Source: an uncultured Candidatus Cloacimonadota bacterium (GTDB taxonomy: Bacteria > Cloacimonadota > Cloacimonadia > Cloacimonadales > Cloacimonadaceae). From it: 64,000 nt of DNA. Below the pieces are notes generated by a model. It was not told where the DNA came from and made no database searches. It saw nothing but the letters and a program-made list of their open reading frames with translations. Location: NCBI GenBank assembly GCA_964501025.1, contig CAZCRD010000103.1, positions 3,412-67,411 of the forward strand, read 5' to 3'. This document shows, piece after piece, positions 1-8,527 of the stretch. A program made the translations under genes and the position numbers. Each line of letters opens with the position of its first letter. The stretch's first letter is position 1.

Positions 1-233
1 CCAATCTTAATGAGTCCGGGTTTATCTGTTCGCAAAACGGATTTCAGGGCTTTTCTGAACAAGCGATCAGATATGGGGTGGACTACCTCCACCCCACAAT
101 TGTTTTGAATCGTGTAACCTGTGGGACAGCAGCAGATCTGATTGCCAAAAAGTGCTGCTACCCTGATATCCTGGTTTAGTCCGGCGCCACCGCTGCTATC
201 CAGAGCGGCAATCGCAAGGATCTGTTTATTCAC
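1..233 (-). CDS. thiD: Hydroxymethylpyrimidine/phosphomethylpyrimidine kinase ThiD, N-terminal part (continues past window start)
   Basis: Manual minus-strand translation gives VNKQILAIAALDSSGGAGLNQDIRVAALFG...DKPGLIKIG. This matches the ThiD N-terminal 'IAGSDSSGGAGIQADIK' glycine-rich motif. The putative GTG start at 233 overlaps the thiC stop. Absent from the ORF track because it has no stop inside the window. Confidence 0.75.
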   Translation of the reverse strand, partial: MNKQILAIAALDSSGGAGLNQDIRVAALFGNQICCCPTGYTIQNNCGVEVVHPISDRLFRKALKSVLRTDKPGLIKI

Positions 234-1500
234 TTGCCTTATCCGTCTTGATAGCACAGAGATTTCCGCACATGCTGCAGTGGTCATTAGCATCCATTGA
301 TGTCGTGGTCTTGCGCTCTCGACTCAGCTCAGGATCCAGGCTCAAAGAGTAGATCTTTTCCCAATCCATGGCACGTCTGGCAATGGATATGGCATCGTCA
401 ATCTCACGAGCATGGGGATGTCCTTTGGCAATATCTGCGACATGTGCAGCGATGCGGCTGGCGATGATGCCTTGTTTCACATCTTCATTTGAGGGTAAAC
501 AAAGATGCTCGGCAGGGGTTACATAACAGAGGAAATCTGCCCCGTGCCATGCGGCAAAAGCAGCGCCAATAGCCCCGGAAATGTGGTCATACCCGCAGGC
601 TATATCAGTGGGTAAGGGTCCCAATACATAAAATGGAGCGCCATCACAGAGGCTTTTCTGCAACTCTACATTAGCCTGAATCTCATTGAGAGGTATGTGT
701 CCGGGACCTTCGATCATTACTTGCACTCCAGCGTTGCGAGCTCTTTTTGCCAGTTCAGCCAGCACAATGAGTTCACCGATCTGAGCGCTATCCGTGGCGT
801 CGACTAAGGCACCGGGGCGTAATCCATCGCCCAGACTCAGACAGAGATCATGCTCGAAACAAATCTTCAGAAGTCGGTCATAATCTTCATAAAGGGGGTT
901 TTCTCTTTTGCTATGGATCATCCAGCGTTTGAGCAGACTGCCGCCGCGGCTCACCACTCCCAATGCACGGCTGTCCTTGAGGTGGCTATCCAAAGAAAAG
1001 CGATTGATCCCGGCATGCACAGTGATAAAATCCACCCCTTGCTCTGCTTGTTTCTGAATCTCATCAAAGAGCATATCGGGTTCAAAGGCGAGGATGTCTT
1101 TGCCGTCTGCTTCAAGCTCTGCCGCCACAGCGTAGATCGGGACAGTGCCCAGGATCAGATCGGTATTTTGCCGCATCTTCAGACGGATTTCGTCCAAGTC
1201 CTTGCCAGTGGAGAGATCCATAACGCTGTCTGCTTTGAATTGGCTGCAGATCTCGAGCTTTTCCAGCTCTTCATCCAAAGAGCTGCCAATAGCTGAACAA
1301 CCGATATTGGCGTTGATCTTGACTCTCATCAAGGATCCGATGCCTATGGCTCTGGCCTTGCCACTTATGTTTTGTGGGATTACCACTCTTCCAGCACGGA
1401 TCTCATCTCTGAGTTTTGAAGGATCTATGTGCTCACGCTTTGCTACTTCATACATTTGGGGAGTGATGATGCCTTGTTGGGCTTGAGAAAGTTGTGTCAT
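226..1500 (-). CDS. thiC: Phosphomethylpyrimidine synthase ThiC (short form)
   Basis: 424-aa ORF with ThiC-type sequence throughout (GIITPQM..., RVKINANIG, C-terminal CSMCG..C cluster motif). 4-nt overlap with thiE. Confidence 0.95.
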   Translation of the reverse strand: MTQLSQAQQGIITPQMYEVAKREHIDPSKLRDEIRAGRVVIPQNISGKARAIGIGSLMRVKINANIGCSAIGSSLDEELEKLEICSQFKADSVMDLSTGKDLDEIRLKMRQNTDLILGTVPIYAVAAELEADGKDILAFEPDMLFDEIQKQAEQGVDFITVHAGINRFSLDSHLKDSRALGVVSRGGSLLKRWMIHSKRENPLYEDYDRLLKICFEHDLCLSLGDGLRPGALVDATDSAQIGELIVLAELAKRARNAGVQVMIEGPGHIPLNEIQANVELQKSLCDGAPFYVLGPLPTDIACGYDHISGAIGAAFAAWHGADFLCYVTPAEHLCLPSNEDVKQGIIASRIAAHVADIAKGHPHAREIDDAISIARRAMDWEKIYSLSLDPELSRERKTTTSMDANDHCSMCGNLCAIKTDKASE

Positions 1501-2123
1501 TTTGCCTCCTTGAGGGCTTGTGTTACTTGGCGTATTCTTTCGCGTAGCTCATTCTCGTCTTTGCTTTGGCAAAATTCTCTGATCATGGCTACATTTCTGA
1601 CGTTGCAGCTTGTAATGCAATCCAGATTTTCCTGGAAGATCCCGCCAATTGCCAGTATTGGGCACTTTTGCAGACTAAGCACAGTGCGTAAGTCTTCTAC
1701 ACCAACTGCGGGATCTGGAATCTCTTTGGCGATCGTGGGGTAGATGGGACCAAAGCTCATGTAGTCCGGAAGCTCCGGTTGAGCCAGGACCTCTCTGGCC
1801 TGGGCAATGCTGTGGGTAGAAACTCCCAAAAGTCCTTTCCAGACTTTGCGAATCATCGGCCACGGCAGATCGTCCTGTCCCAAATGCAATCCATCCGCTT
1901 TACAGAACATTGCTAGATCCAGTCTGTCGTTGACCACAAACTTACTTGATGAAGCAGCAGTGATCTCACGCATTTCTCTGGCCAGGGCATACAGTGCCTT
2001 GTCACTCAGCTTTTTCTCCCGCAATTGGATCAAGGGAACTCTCTCTTCCACGCAAATTTCTGTGAATCGACGGTGTCCCAAGCGGGGATTGGTGATGACT
2101 ATATAAAGGCCAAAATCCTGCAT
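1497..2123 (-). CDS. thiE: Thiamine-phosphate synthase ThiE
   Basis: 208-aa ORF (LYIVITNP..., IQLREK, ADGLHLGQDDLP) typical of ThiE. Lies inside the thi operon. Confidence 0.9.
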   Translation of the reverse strand: MQDFGLYIVITNPRLGHRRFTEICVEERVPLIQLREKKLSDKALYALAREMREITAASSSKFVVNDRLDLAMFCKADGLHLGQDDLPWPMIRKVWKGLLGVSTHSIAQAREVLAQPELPDYMSFGPIYPTIAKEIPDPAVGVEDLRTVLSLQKCPILAIGGIFQENLDCITSCNVRNVAMIREFCQSKDENELRERIRQVTQALKEAK

Positions 2124-2127
2124 AGGG

Positions 2128-2898
2128 CTATGCTCCCAGCTTGGCCGCGATTAGTTCAGCCGCCTTCATCCCCGAAAGCAGCATGCCGCCAAAAATGGGA
2201 CCCATGCGATTGCTGCCGCTCACTCCGCATGCCGCCATACCGCTCACAAAGAGTCCTGGAAAGACTTCCCCGGTATGCTCAACGCAGGCCTTCTCTCCCA
2301 TTGATGCGTTCATGGATCGTTCAAATGCCAGCTCTGTTCTGCCATCAGTGAGGTGGAAATTGTTTTTCCTGGTCAGAATACTTACCACTTCACAAGGATG
2401 ACCGGTAGCGTCCAATACTGTCCTTGCTTCCAGGCAAAGCGGGTCAACATGCATCCTGCGTTCATAGACCGGTGCCCAGTTTATCACAACCCCGGTTACT
2501 GTGTTATCTGTGATTACCAGGTCTTCCACACAAACAGCATTAAACAGAGTTGCGCCATTATGACAGGCATTGTAGATCAAAGCGGATGTAGCCTCACAAG
2601 AATCTGCTGTATAGAGATCTCCTCCGGTATGTTTGTAGGATATCCCGTTTGCTTCCAGTAGATGAATCGCAGATTTTTGGACTACTATTTCGTTAAATAG
2701 CATCGCACCACCCCACATTCCACCTCCGGGCGCGAGCTTCTGCTCGATGATGCTGGTCTTCAGGCCGCGTTTGGCCAACTCGGCAGCGCAGATCAATCCT
2801 GATGGTCCTGCGCCTGTGATAACAACGTCTGATGTGAGTGCTTGCTGCAATTTCTTTGTCCAAGCGGATAGAATCGCAGTAGAGATGTCTTTTTCCAT
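2128..2898 (-). CDS. thi4: Thi4-family thiazole synthase (eukaryote/archaeal-type)
   Basis: 256 aa with an FAD/NAD dinucleotide fold (VVITGAGPSGL), plus APGGGMWGG and VLDATGH motifs characteristic of Thi4. First gene after the TPP riboswitch. Confidence 0.9.
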   Translation of the reverse strand: MEKDISTAILSAWTKKLQQALTSDVVITGAGPSGLICAAELAKRGLKTSIIEQKLAPGGGMWGGAMLFNEIVVQKSAIHLLEANGISYKHTGGDLYTADSCEATSALIYNACHNGATLFNAVCVEDLVITDNTVTGVVINWAPVYERRMHVDPLCLEARTVLDATGHPCEVVSILTRKNNFHLTDGRTELAFERSMNASMGEKACVEHTGEVFPGLFVSGMAACGVSGSNRMGPIFGGMLLSGMKAAELIAAKLGA

Positions 2899-2954
2899 GG
2901 TCTCCCCATTATTAGTATTCAGGGGGGAAATTGATTGGCCTTCGGGAAAAAAAT

Positions 2955-3042
2955 GATTCCTTTCCTACGCCGGCATTACCCGGATCAGGTTCGAAGGGTC
3001 TAATCTCAGCCGGATCTTCTTGATCCAGCACCCCTGTAGAAT
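2955..3042 (-). promoter_or_regulatory. TPP (THI-box) riboswitch controlling thi4-thiE-thiC-thiD
   Basis: Minus-strand sequence reads ...CAGGGGTGCTGG...GGCTGAGATTAGACCCTTCGAACCTGATCCGGGTAATGCCGGCGTAGGAAAGG.... This contains the conserved GGGGUGC, CUGAGA, ACCCUU-GAACCUGAUC-GGUAAUGCC-GCGUAGGGA core of the THI element, about 60 nt upstream of the thi4 ATG. Confidence 0.9.
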
Positions 3043-3229
3043 GCAAAACAAATATCACTGCCATATTCGTCAAGACTAAATATAATGTAGACTAAGAATC
3101 TGATATAGTAAAAGCCCATGGATAAATGCTATAGCTTGCGAGTTTGGAAGATATACGGTGAGTAAAAGGGAAATGATCCAGCGTTGATTTCTGCGTCTGC
3201 GATCTTCGCTTACATTATAATCATCACTA

Positions 3230-3478
3230 GTCTACCAAACAGAACAAGGATCTGAGCTTTTCATTTGACAAAGTTCATGCTTTAGATTTTGTGAATTCTC
3301 TGAGGTAATAAAGATTGAAGACAAACATCTTTTTGCGGGAGATCAAGACAAAGGCGAGCAGCATCTGGCTTGGGAGGGCTGCGATGATGATGCGCACTAC
3401 CTGCCGGCAGGAGTGTATCTGCTGCGTCTCAGCATTGATGGCGAAGCGCAGAAGCCTCAGAAGATCTTGAAATTGTAA
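3230..3478 (+). pseudogene. Relic of a T9SS/FlgD-Ig-like C-terminal sorting domain (no start, frameshifted)
   Basis: Plus-strand translation gives ...DLSFSFDKVHALDFVNSLR* in one frame, then SEVIKIEDKHLFAGDQDKGEQHLAWEGCDDDAHYLPAGVYLLRLSIDGEAQKPQKILKL* in another. The G.H...W.G.DD.....P.GVY..RL......K..L pattern matches the intact CTDs at the ends of the 51100 and 53545 genes. No upstream ORF or start codon. Confidence 0.55.
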
Positions 3479-3540
3479 GTAGTGTGATCTCGGCTGCATC
3501 GGCAAGACTGTGTGAAACTTCCGGTAAAGTCCCGGAGGTT

Positions 3541-6500
3541 TCACTCACGCTTCAGCTTCAGATTCAAGAGATCCTGCATCATCTCCGGCTCCAAATCTCT
3601 GGTATCAAAAAGCATGACGAGGGGCGACAGCATATCTCCTGCCTTAGGATGCAATTTGCTGTAACAGTAGTCGTTAGTACGCATGAAATCTTTGTTTGAA
3701 CTCATCGCCCAATATCTATTGTTGAAGCTCAGGATGTGCAGAGTGGCGCTATCTACCGTTAGTCTGGAAACGCAGCCTTGCGCACTGTGGTGCTCCATCA
3801 GCTTTGAGCAGCGGTATTTATACCATTTGTTGTGAGCATCAGGATAGGAAAACTGTACTTTGGGCATCACGTTCTGCGGATGATAATGAGTCTGCACGCC
3901 AAAACTCAGGTATCCCGTTTTGGAGAGGTCTTGCAGGATTTCCACTGCTACGATGAGGATCGGCACTCCCTTTATCGTGAGGTAGTACTGGCGGTATCTG
4001 AGCCCTTGCAGCGGTTCAAAATGGGCGATTTCGCTTTCCCAGGATAGCCCTTTCCAGATGTTCGCATGTTGATCCCTGAGTTCTGCCTTTTGCAATATAT
4101 GCGTATCCTGCATAAAGTTTATGGCTTTCACGGAGGTCGGAGTGCAGAGGATGCCCCCGGGATAGGGATTGAAGCTAGATCGCGGAACAAAGCCTTGCGG
4201 GATGGGGTCCAGCCATTCCAGGCCTTGGTGCTCAAGGCTCGATATCGTGGGCAAGGCACTGCCTTTCCTGGCTTTAAAGCTGATCGGGCCATTGTCTATA
4301 CATAGGCACTGGTCATCTTCAAAGTAGCTGATAGCTCCGGATTTGTGCAGTAGCAGACGGTGATGCTCGATGGTAAATGCCGGATACGTGATCTGTGCGT
4401 CCAGCACGGCGATCGCTTCGGCTGCAAGCTCGATCTGATAAACCTTTCCCGCTTCGGCCGGGGCGGAAAAATCACGATCAGGAAGCTGAAGCGTGCCCGG
4501 GATTCCCAACTGCTGATGATGCACGATCTCCAATCTGGCCTGCTTATCGTAAAAGGGATTGTGCCCATTGGCAATAAGATCCGCCGAAAACTGCTTGGGG
4601 ATCTTTTCCGTGGTTTCACCCAACACGTAATCCCGCAGCTGATAGGCACTCATGAAGCAATCCAGATAGAAGTGCAGAGCGGGGCTTTGCATGTCCTTCA
4701 TGGCTTTGATCTTAGCCAAATCCAGATCCAGGGATATCCACCAGCGATCAAAGCCCGGTTTCCAACCCTCTTCCCAGACGATGGCCGTGCTGTGCCTGTC
4801 TTTTGAGAAATAGAACCAGGGCTCGGTGACCTCATTGATATCAAAATCAGACAAACACTCATCCTTCATCTGAGGGGCAAGACTGATCAGCTTTTCACCT
4901 TTGGCAAAGGTAAATTCTTCTGTGGGAGCTCCCACCAGTTCCCTCAGACACAGGGTTTCGTGTTCAGGGGGAATGCTTTGGAAGCGCACAATTTGCTGCA
5001 TTTCACCACTGCCAAACAGGGTGCAAATTTTACTGAACTTCAAGCCGGGGTGCTTCTTGCTTTCGTAAAATACTTCCATTCTTGCGCTATCGTCCCTGCA
5101 CTCAAAGGCCATATCCACCGGATCTTCATTCTCAAACTCCGCACTGAAGGGACGCCCGAAATCGGAGGGTCTACAATAAGTGCATGCACTACTGTTATTT
5201 ATCAGATAGCCCCAATTCTTCTGATCCTGCAGAGGGATCTGAAAATAGTTCATTCCTGCCACGAGGAAAGCTTTGTCTTTATTACGTTTAGCATCTGTCC
5301 CCCGCAAGCTGCGCAAGAGAATATCCGGCTCCAGCACAAACTGCATGAGAGGGCTTTCTTTAGTTTTGAACTCCGCCTGCACCATTGGCGTATAAAAGCA
5401 TGAGCCACTTAGGATTATCTCCAGCTCCAGCACTTTCTTTTCTTTGGCATCCACAGTGCAGGTGATCTCGCTTTGGAGAAGCTGCACCTTATCATCTTTT
5501 GGAAAGCTGAGCTTCAGCTTGCAGGCTTGGTCCAGATTGCTCTTTAGGTTCAGATACAGAGTTTGGGGGCAATCCGTACGCAGCATCCTTTTTGCATTCA
5601 AAGCCAACTGAATGGGGTAGCGGATATTCTGAGAATTACCCACGATGATGGCTTTCCCGCCAATGCGCACTTCACTTTTCACTGCAGGCATGGCGTCCCA
5701 TTCGCTGAAGGTTTTGGTGATGGGTAGCAGGCTATATTCTGCCACTGCGTTCTGGATCCCAAAGCAAGAGCCTTGATAAGTGAAATCAAAGCTGATGTTA
5801 TGCTCTGGACGGCTGATGATCTTTAGATCTTCAAAGCCGGGACTGAAGCACTGATAACTGTATGCTACCTTGTGACTGGTGCCAAATACAGGCTTGGCTA
5901 CCCCTACCTTTGTACTGAACAGAAAATCTTTACACTCGATCTCGACAATGCTGCGGGAGGCTTTGTCAAACACCACTCTGAGACGTTTGCCCTCCTTTTG
6001 CCAAAGATAACTGTAATAAATGAAGCCATCTTCTTCTTCCCCGTCAGGTTCGACCTTCAGATCACGCTTGAGGTCATTGTACCAATCAAAGTACTCGAAA
6101 TAGGGCTTCGTGAGTTCATTATTCAGCAGTCCGGGCAGGAAATTCACCAGATAGGTAGCGCTGGCTTCCATTTTCTGCCAGAAAAAGCCGCATTTCTTGT
6201 ACAGCGGGACCGCTTTGGTATTACCCGCCCAAGTGTATAAGGTGATGTACGGCATGTTCAGCTCAGCGGCTTTCAATATGCAACGTTTGAGGAGGGTTTT
6301 ACCCAATCCAGTACCGTGATAGGAGGGAAGCACGTTCAGCATGCCCACGTTGGCAATATCTGCTTCATCCCGATAGAGATTGATATAGCCCACCACCTGG
6401 TCATTATCAATGGCCAGATAAATGGCAATGGCCGTGCTGTTTGCCTCTTCATCCAGAATCTGAGCTTCACTGTAATTGAAGAGATTGCCGTTCCAGGCGT

Positions 6501-6588
6501 CTGTACTGCTGTTCCACATCTCGGCCAGGCTTTTGGCATATTTGGGCTCATAGTCGCAGATGATCACCTTGCTGAGGTCTCGGTGCAT
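3541..6588 (-). CDS. Large GNAT-family N-acetyltransferase fusion protein (GNAT domain plus ~850 aa of unassigned sequence)
   Basis: Residues ~10-165 have GNAT motifs (VVGYINLY..., NVLPSYHGTGLGKTLLKRCI, PLYKKCGFF). The rest has no motif I recognise. The ATG at 6588 is preceded by AGGAGA, and the track's TTG at 6609 is less likely. No signal peptide. Confidence 0.8.
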   Translation of the reverse strand: MHRDLSKVIICDYEPKYAKSLAEMWNSSTDAWNGNLFNYSEAQILDEEANSTAIAIYLAIDNDQVVGYINLYRDEADIANVGMLNVLPSYHGTGLGKTLLKRCILKAAELNMPYITLYTWAGNTKAVPLYKKCGFFWQKMEASATYLVNFLPGLLNNELTKPYFEYFDWYNDLKRDLKVEPDGEEEDGFIYYSYLWQKEGKRLRVVFDKASRSIVEIECKDFLFSTKVGVAKPVFGTSHKVAYSYQCFSPGFEDLKIISRPEHNISFDFTYQGSCFGIQNAVAEYSLLPITKTFSEWDAMPAVKSEVRIGGKAIIVGNSQNIRYPIQLALNAKRMLRTDCPQTLYLNLKSNLDQACKLKLSFPKDDKVQLLQSEITCTVDAKEKKVLELEIILSGSCFYTPMVQAEFKTKESPLMQFVLEPDILLRSLRGTDAKRNKDKAFLVAGMNYFQIPLQDQKNWGYLINNSSACTYCRPSDFGRPFSAEFENEDPVDMAFECRDDSARMEVFYESKKHPGLKFSKICTLFGSGEMQQIVRFQSIPPEHETLCLRELVGAPTEEFTFAKGEKLISLAPQMKDECLSDFDINEVTEPWFYFSKDRHSTAIVWEEGWKPGFDRWWISLDLDLAKIKAMKDMQSPALHFYLDCFMSAYQLRDYVLGETTEKIPKQFSADLIANGHNPFYDKQARLEIVHHQQLGIPGTLQLPDRDFSAPAEAGKVYQIELAAEAIAVLDAQITYPAFTIEHHRLLLHKSGAISYFEDDQCLCIDNGPISFKARKGSALPTISSLEHQGLEWLDPIPQGFVPRSSFNPYPGGILCTPTSVKAINFMQDTHILQKAELRDQHANIWKGLSWESEIAHFEPLQGLRYRQYYLTIKGVPILIVAVEILQDLSKTGYLSFGVQTHYHPQNVMPKVQFSYPDAHNKWYKYRCSKLMEHHSAQGCVSRLTVDSATLHILSFNNRYWAMSSNKDFMRTNDYCYSKLHPKAGDMLSPLVMLFDTRDLEPEMMQDLLNLKLKRE

Positions 6589-6897
6589 AGTGTCTCCTAT
6601 TGTGAGCAAAGACTTTTGGAGCAGTGCTTATCACTGCTCGCAGGCAGTTTTGAGATGCCATAGTATTTGTCAACAATTTTTGCCAGCCATGTAAAATCGG
6701 ACATTTATGCATCCTTCTGATCCTGATCCAGTAGTGGTCTTTTGGCTCTTTTCAAAGTAACAGTCAAAAGTAATCAACTACCTGATGGCAACATTGGTAT
6801 AAGACTCTATGAGCTGAGATATACTTACTGCAGTGCCACATATAATAGCGGTGATATCAATGGATAGCACAAACCCACTCTTTTGACTTGACAAAAA

Positions 6898-6924
6898 TTA
6901 GCAGTCTGAAAAAGTGTTTGCTAA
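6898..6924 (+). promoter_or_regulatory. CIRCE-like inverted repeat (putative HrcA operator) upstream of groES
   Basis: TTAGCAGTC-N9-GTTTGCTAA versus the CIRCE consensus TTAGCACTC-N9-GAGTGCTAA (3 mismatches, correct 9-nt spacer). A TATAAT lies at 6940-6945 and the groES ATG at 6984. Confidence 0.6.
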
Positions 6925-6983
6925 GAACTCGATTCTGACTATAATGATACTTAGGAATCTTACATAACACTATGGAGGTTATT

Positions 6984-7259
6984 ATGAAACTGAGACCTAT
7001 TGAAGACCATGTTGTGGTAAAAATTGCCACAGCGACCGAAGAGAAGAAAGTTGGCGGAATCATCATCCCTGATACCGCAAAAGAGAAGCCGCAGATTGCG
7101 GAGATCATAGCAGTTGGCACCGATGAAGATCTGCAGAAGATCGTTAAGATTGGTGATAAAGTGCTCTATGGCAAGTATGCCGGCACCGAGATTGAGCTGG
7201 ATTCGGTCAAGTACTTGATTTTGTCCAAGAGTGACATTCTTGCCGTGGTGGAAGATTAG
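6984..7259 (+). CDS. groES: Co-chaperonin GroES
   Basis: [13 protein letters not shown]...[14 protein letters not shown]...[14 protein letters not shown] is canonical GroES. GGAGG lies 7 nt before this ATG, so the track start at 6972 is less likely. Confidence 0.93.
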   Translation: MKLRPIEDHVVVKIATATEEKKVGGIIIPDTAKEKPQIAEIIAVGTDEDLQKIVKIGDKVLYGKYAGTEIELDSVKYLILSKSDILAVVED

Positions 7260-7263
7260 GCTT

Positions 7264-7584
7264 ATGGCAATTATCGAAGTAAAGACCGACACCTTTGACA
7301 GCGAAGTCCTCAAGTCCGAGATCCCGGTTTTGGTGGATTTTTGGGCACCCTGGTGTGGTCCCTGTAAAGCCTTATTGCCCATCATGCAAAAGCTTGATGC
7401 CGAAGTAGATGGCAAGGTCAAGATCTGCAAGGTGAATATCGACGAAAACCCCGAAATTGCCAGCAAATACTCGATCATGTCCATCCCTACGCTATTGATC
7501 TTTGCCGACGGCGCGGTGAGCGACCAACTGGTCGGTCTGGTGCAAAAGGACAAGATCATGGCCAAGCTGCAGCCTCATCTGTAG
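7264..7584 (+). CDS. trxA: Thioredoxin
   Basis: 106 aa with a WAPWCGPCK active site and a typical Trx fold sequence. The ATG at 7264 lies 4 nt after the groES stop. Confidence 0.93.
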   Translation: MAIIEVKTDTFDSEVLKSEIPVLVDFWAPWCGPCKALLPIMQKLDAEVDGKVKICKVNIDENPEIASKYSIMSIPTLLIFADGAVSDQLVGLVQKDKIMAKLQPHL

Positions 7585-7614
7585 TATAGCCGACAACAGC
7601 AATCTGAATTGTTA

Positions 7615-7653
7615 GGGCGATAGCCATTGCGGTTTTCGCCCTTTTTGTTTTTT
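7615..7653 (+). terminator. Rho-independent terminator after trxA
   Basis: GGGCGA...TCGCCC stem followed by TTTTTGTTTTTT. Confidence 0.7.
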
Positions 7654-7687
7654 CCCCAATCTAACTTTAGTAATGTGAGATAAGCAA

Positions 7688-7738
7688 AGCTTTTGGCAAA
7701 ACTAATTGATCGGATAGGCTGCCAATTTGCCAAAAGCT
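7688..7738. repeat. Perfect 13-bp inverted repeat with a 25-nt spacer
   Basis: AGCTTTTGGCAAA (7688-7700) and TTTGCCAAAAGCT (7726-7738), in the trxA-rpmH intergenic region. Confidence 0.9.
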
Positions 7739-7833
7739 ATCCTCTCTAAGCTGGAAAAACACTTGACTGAATTGAGCTATCCAAAATTCTGACTATCTAA
7801 TGAAGAAATCATGAAATTCAAAGGAGTAGATAC

Positions 7834-7968
7834 ATGAAAAGGACTTATCAGCCCTCAAACAGATCACGGAAAAATACTCACGGTTTCCGTTGTCGCATGG
7901 CCACCAAAAATGGCCGCAGAGTACTTGCCCGGCGCCGCGCCAAAGGAAGAAAGACTCTCAGTGTGTAA
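7834..7968 (+). CDS. rpmH: 50S ribosomal protein L34
   Basis: Manual translation gives [44 protein letters not shown] (44 aa), canonical L34. AAGGAG lies upstream. Too short for the ORF track. Confidence 0.95.
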   Translation: MKRTYQPSNRSRKNTHGFRCRMATKNGRRVLARRRAKGRKTLSV

Positions 7969-7970
7969 AG

Positions 7971-8285
7971 ATGATCCGATGGATCAAGTCTCATCAGGAA
8001 TATATGGAATTTACCCGCGCCGAACGCTCGCTGCGAACCCGGAATTTTTACATTCCCTGCCTGCCCGATACTGAAGGACCGGCAATGGGTATCACGATCA
8101 GCAAGAGAGTGTCGAATGCGGTCAAGCGCAACCGGCTAAAACGCAGGATTCGGGCTTGGGCTACCCAGCATAGCGCAGCCCTGCCCTCAGACTGCAAGAT
8201 GAATATCATCGCCAAATCGGGAGCTGCAGAGCTAAGCTGGCCTCAGCTCTGTGAACAACTCGGAGTGCTGGAAAGATGCGAATGA
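7971..8285 (+). CDS. rnpA: Ribonuclease P protein component
   Basis: 104 aa with basic RNase P protein motifs (ISKRVSNAVKRNRLKRRIR). Position immediately after rpmH. Start taken at the ATG at 7971, downstream of the rpmH stop. Confidence 0.85.
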   Translation: MIRWIKSHQEYMEFTRAERSLRTRNFYIPCLPDTEGPAMGITISKRVSNAVKRNRLKRRIRAWATQHSAALPSDCKMNIIAKSGAAELSWPQLCEQLGVLERCE

Positions 8286-8518
8286 CAGCGCAGCTAATTT
8301 TGAGCTTGCCCTCCCGGGCTTTGCTCGTGCTTATCCGCTTTTACCAGATGGCGATCTCACCGGTGTTACCACGAAGCTGCAGGTTTTCGCCCAGCTGTTC
8401 CAGCTACGCATATCAGGCCTTTCAGCGTTATGGCTTTGTCAAAGCGCTGGGTTTGAGTCTTTGGCGGATCCTGCGATGCAATCCCTTTTGCCGCGGTGGC
8501 TACGACCCTTTGCCCTAA
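8276..8518 (+). CDS. yidD: Membrane protein insertion efficiency factor YidD
   Basis: 80 aa with IRFYQ..ISP....CRF.PSCS.Y....... and CNPF..GGYDP motifs. Confidence 0.9.
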   Translation: MRMTAQLILSLPSRALLVLIRFYQMAISPVLPRSCRFSPSCSSYAYQAFQRYGFVKALGLSLWRILRCNPFCRGGYDPLP

Positions 8519-8527
8519 GGAGAAATT

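Noticed and set aside
3275-3544. 89-aa minus-strand ORF
   Set aside because: Antisense to the T9SS-CTD relic. It overlaps the 3' end of the GNAT gene and has no motifs.
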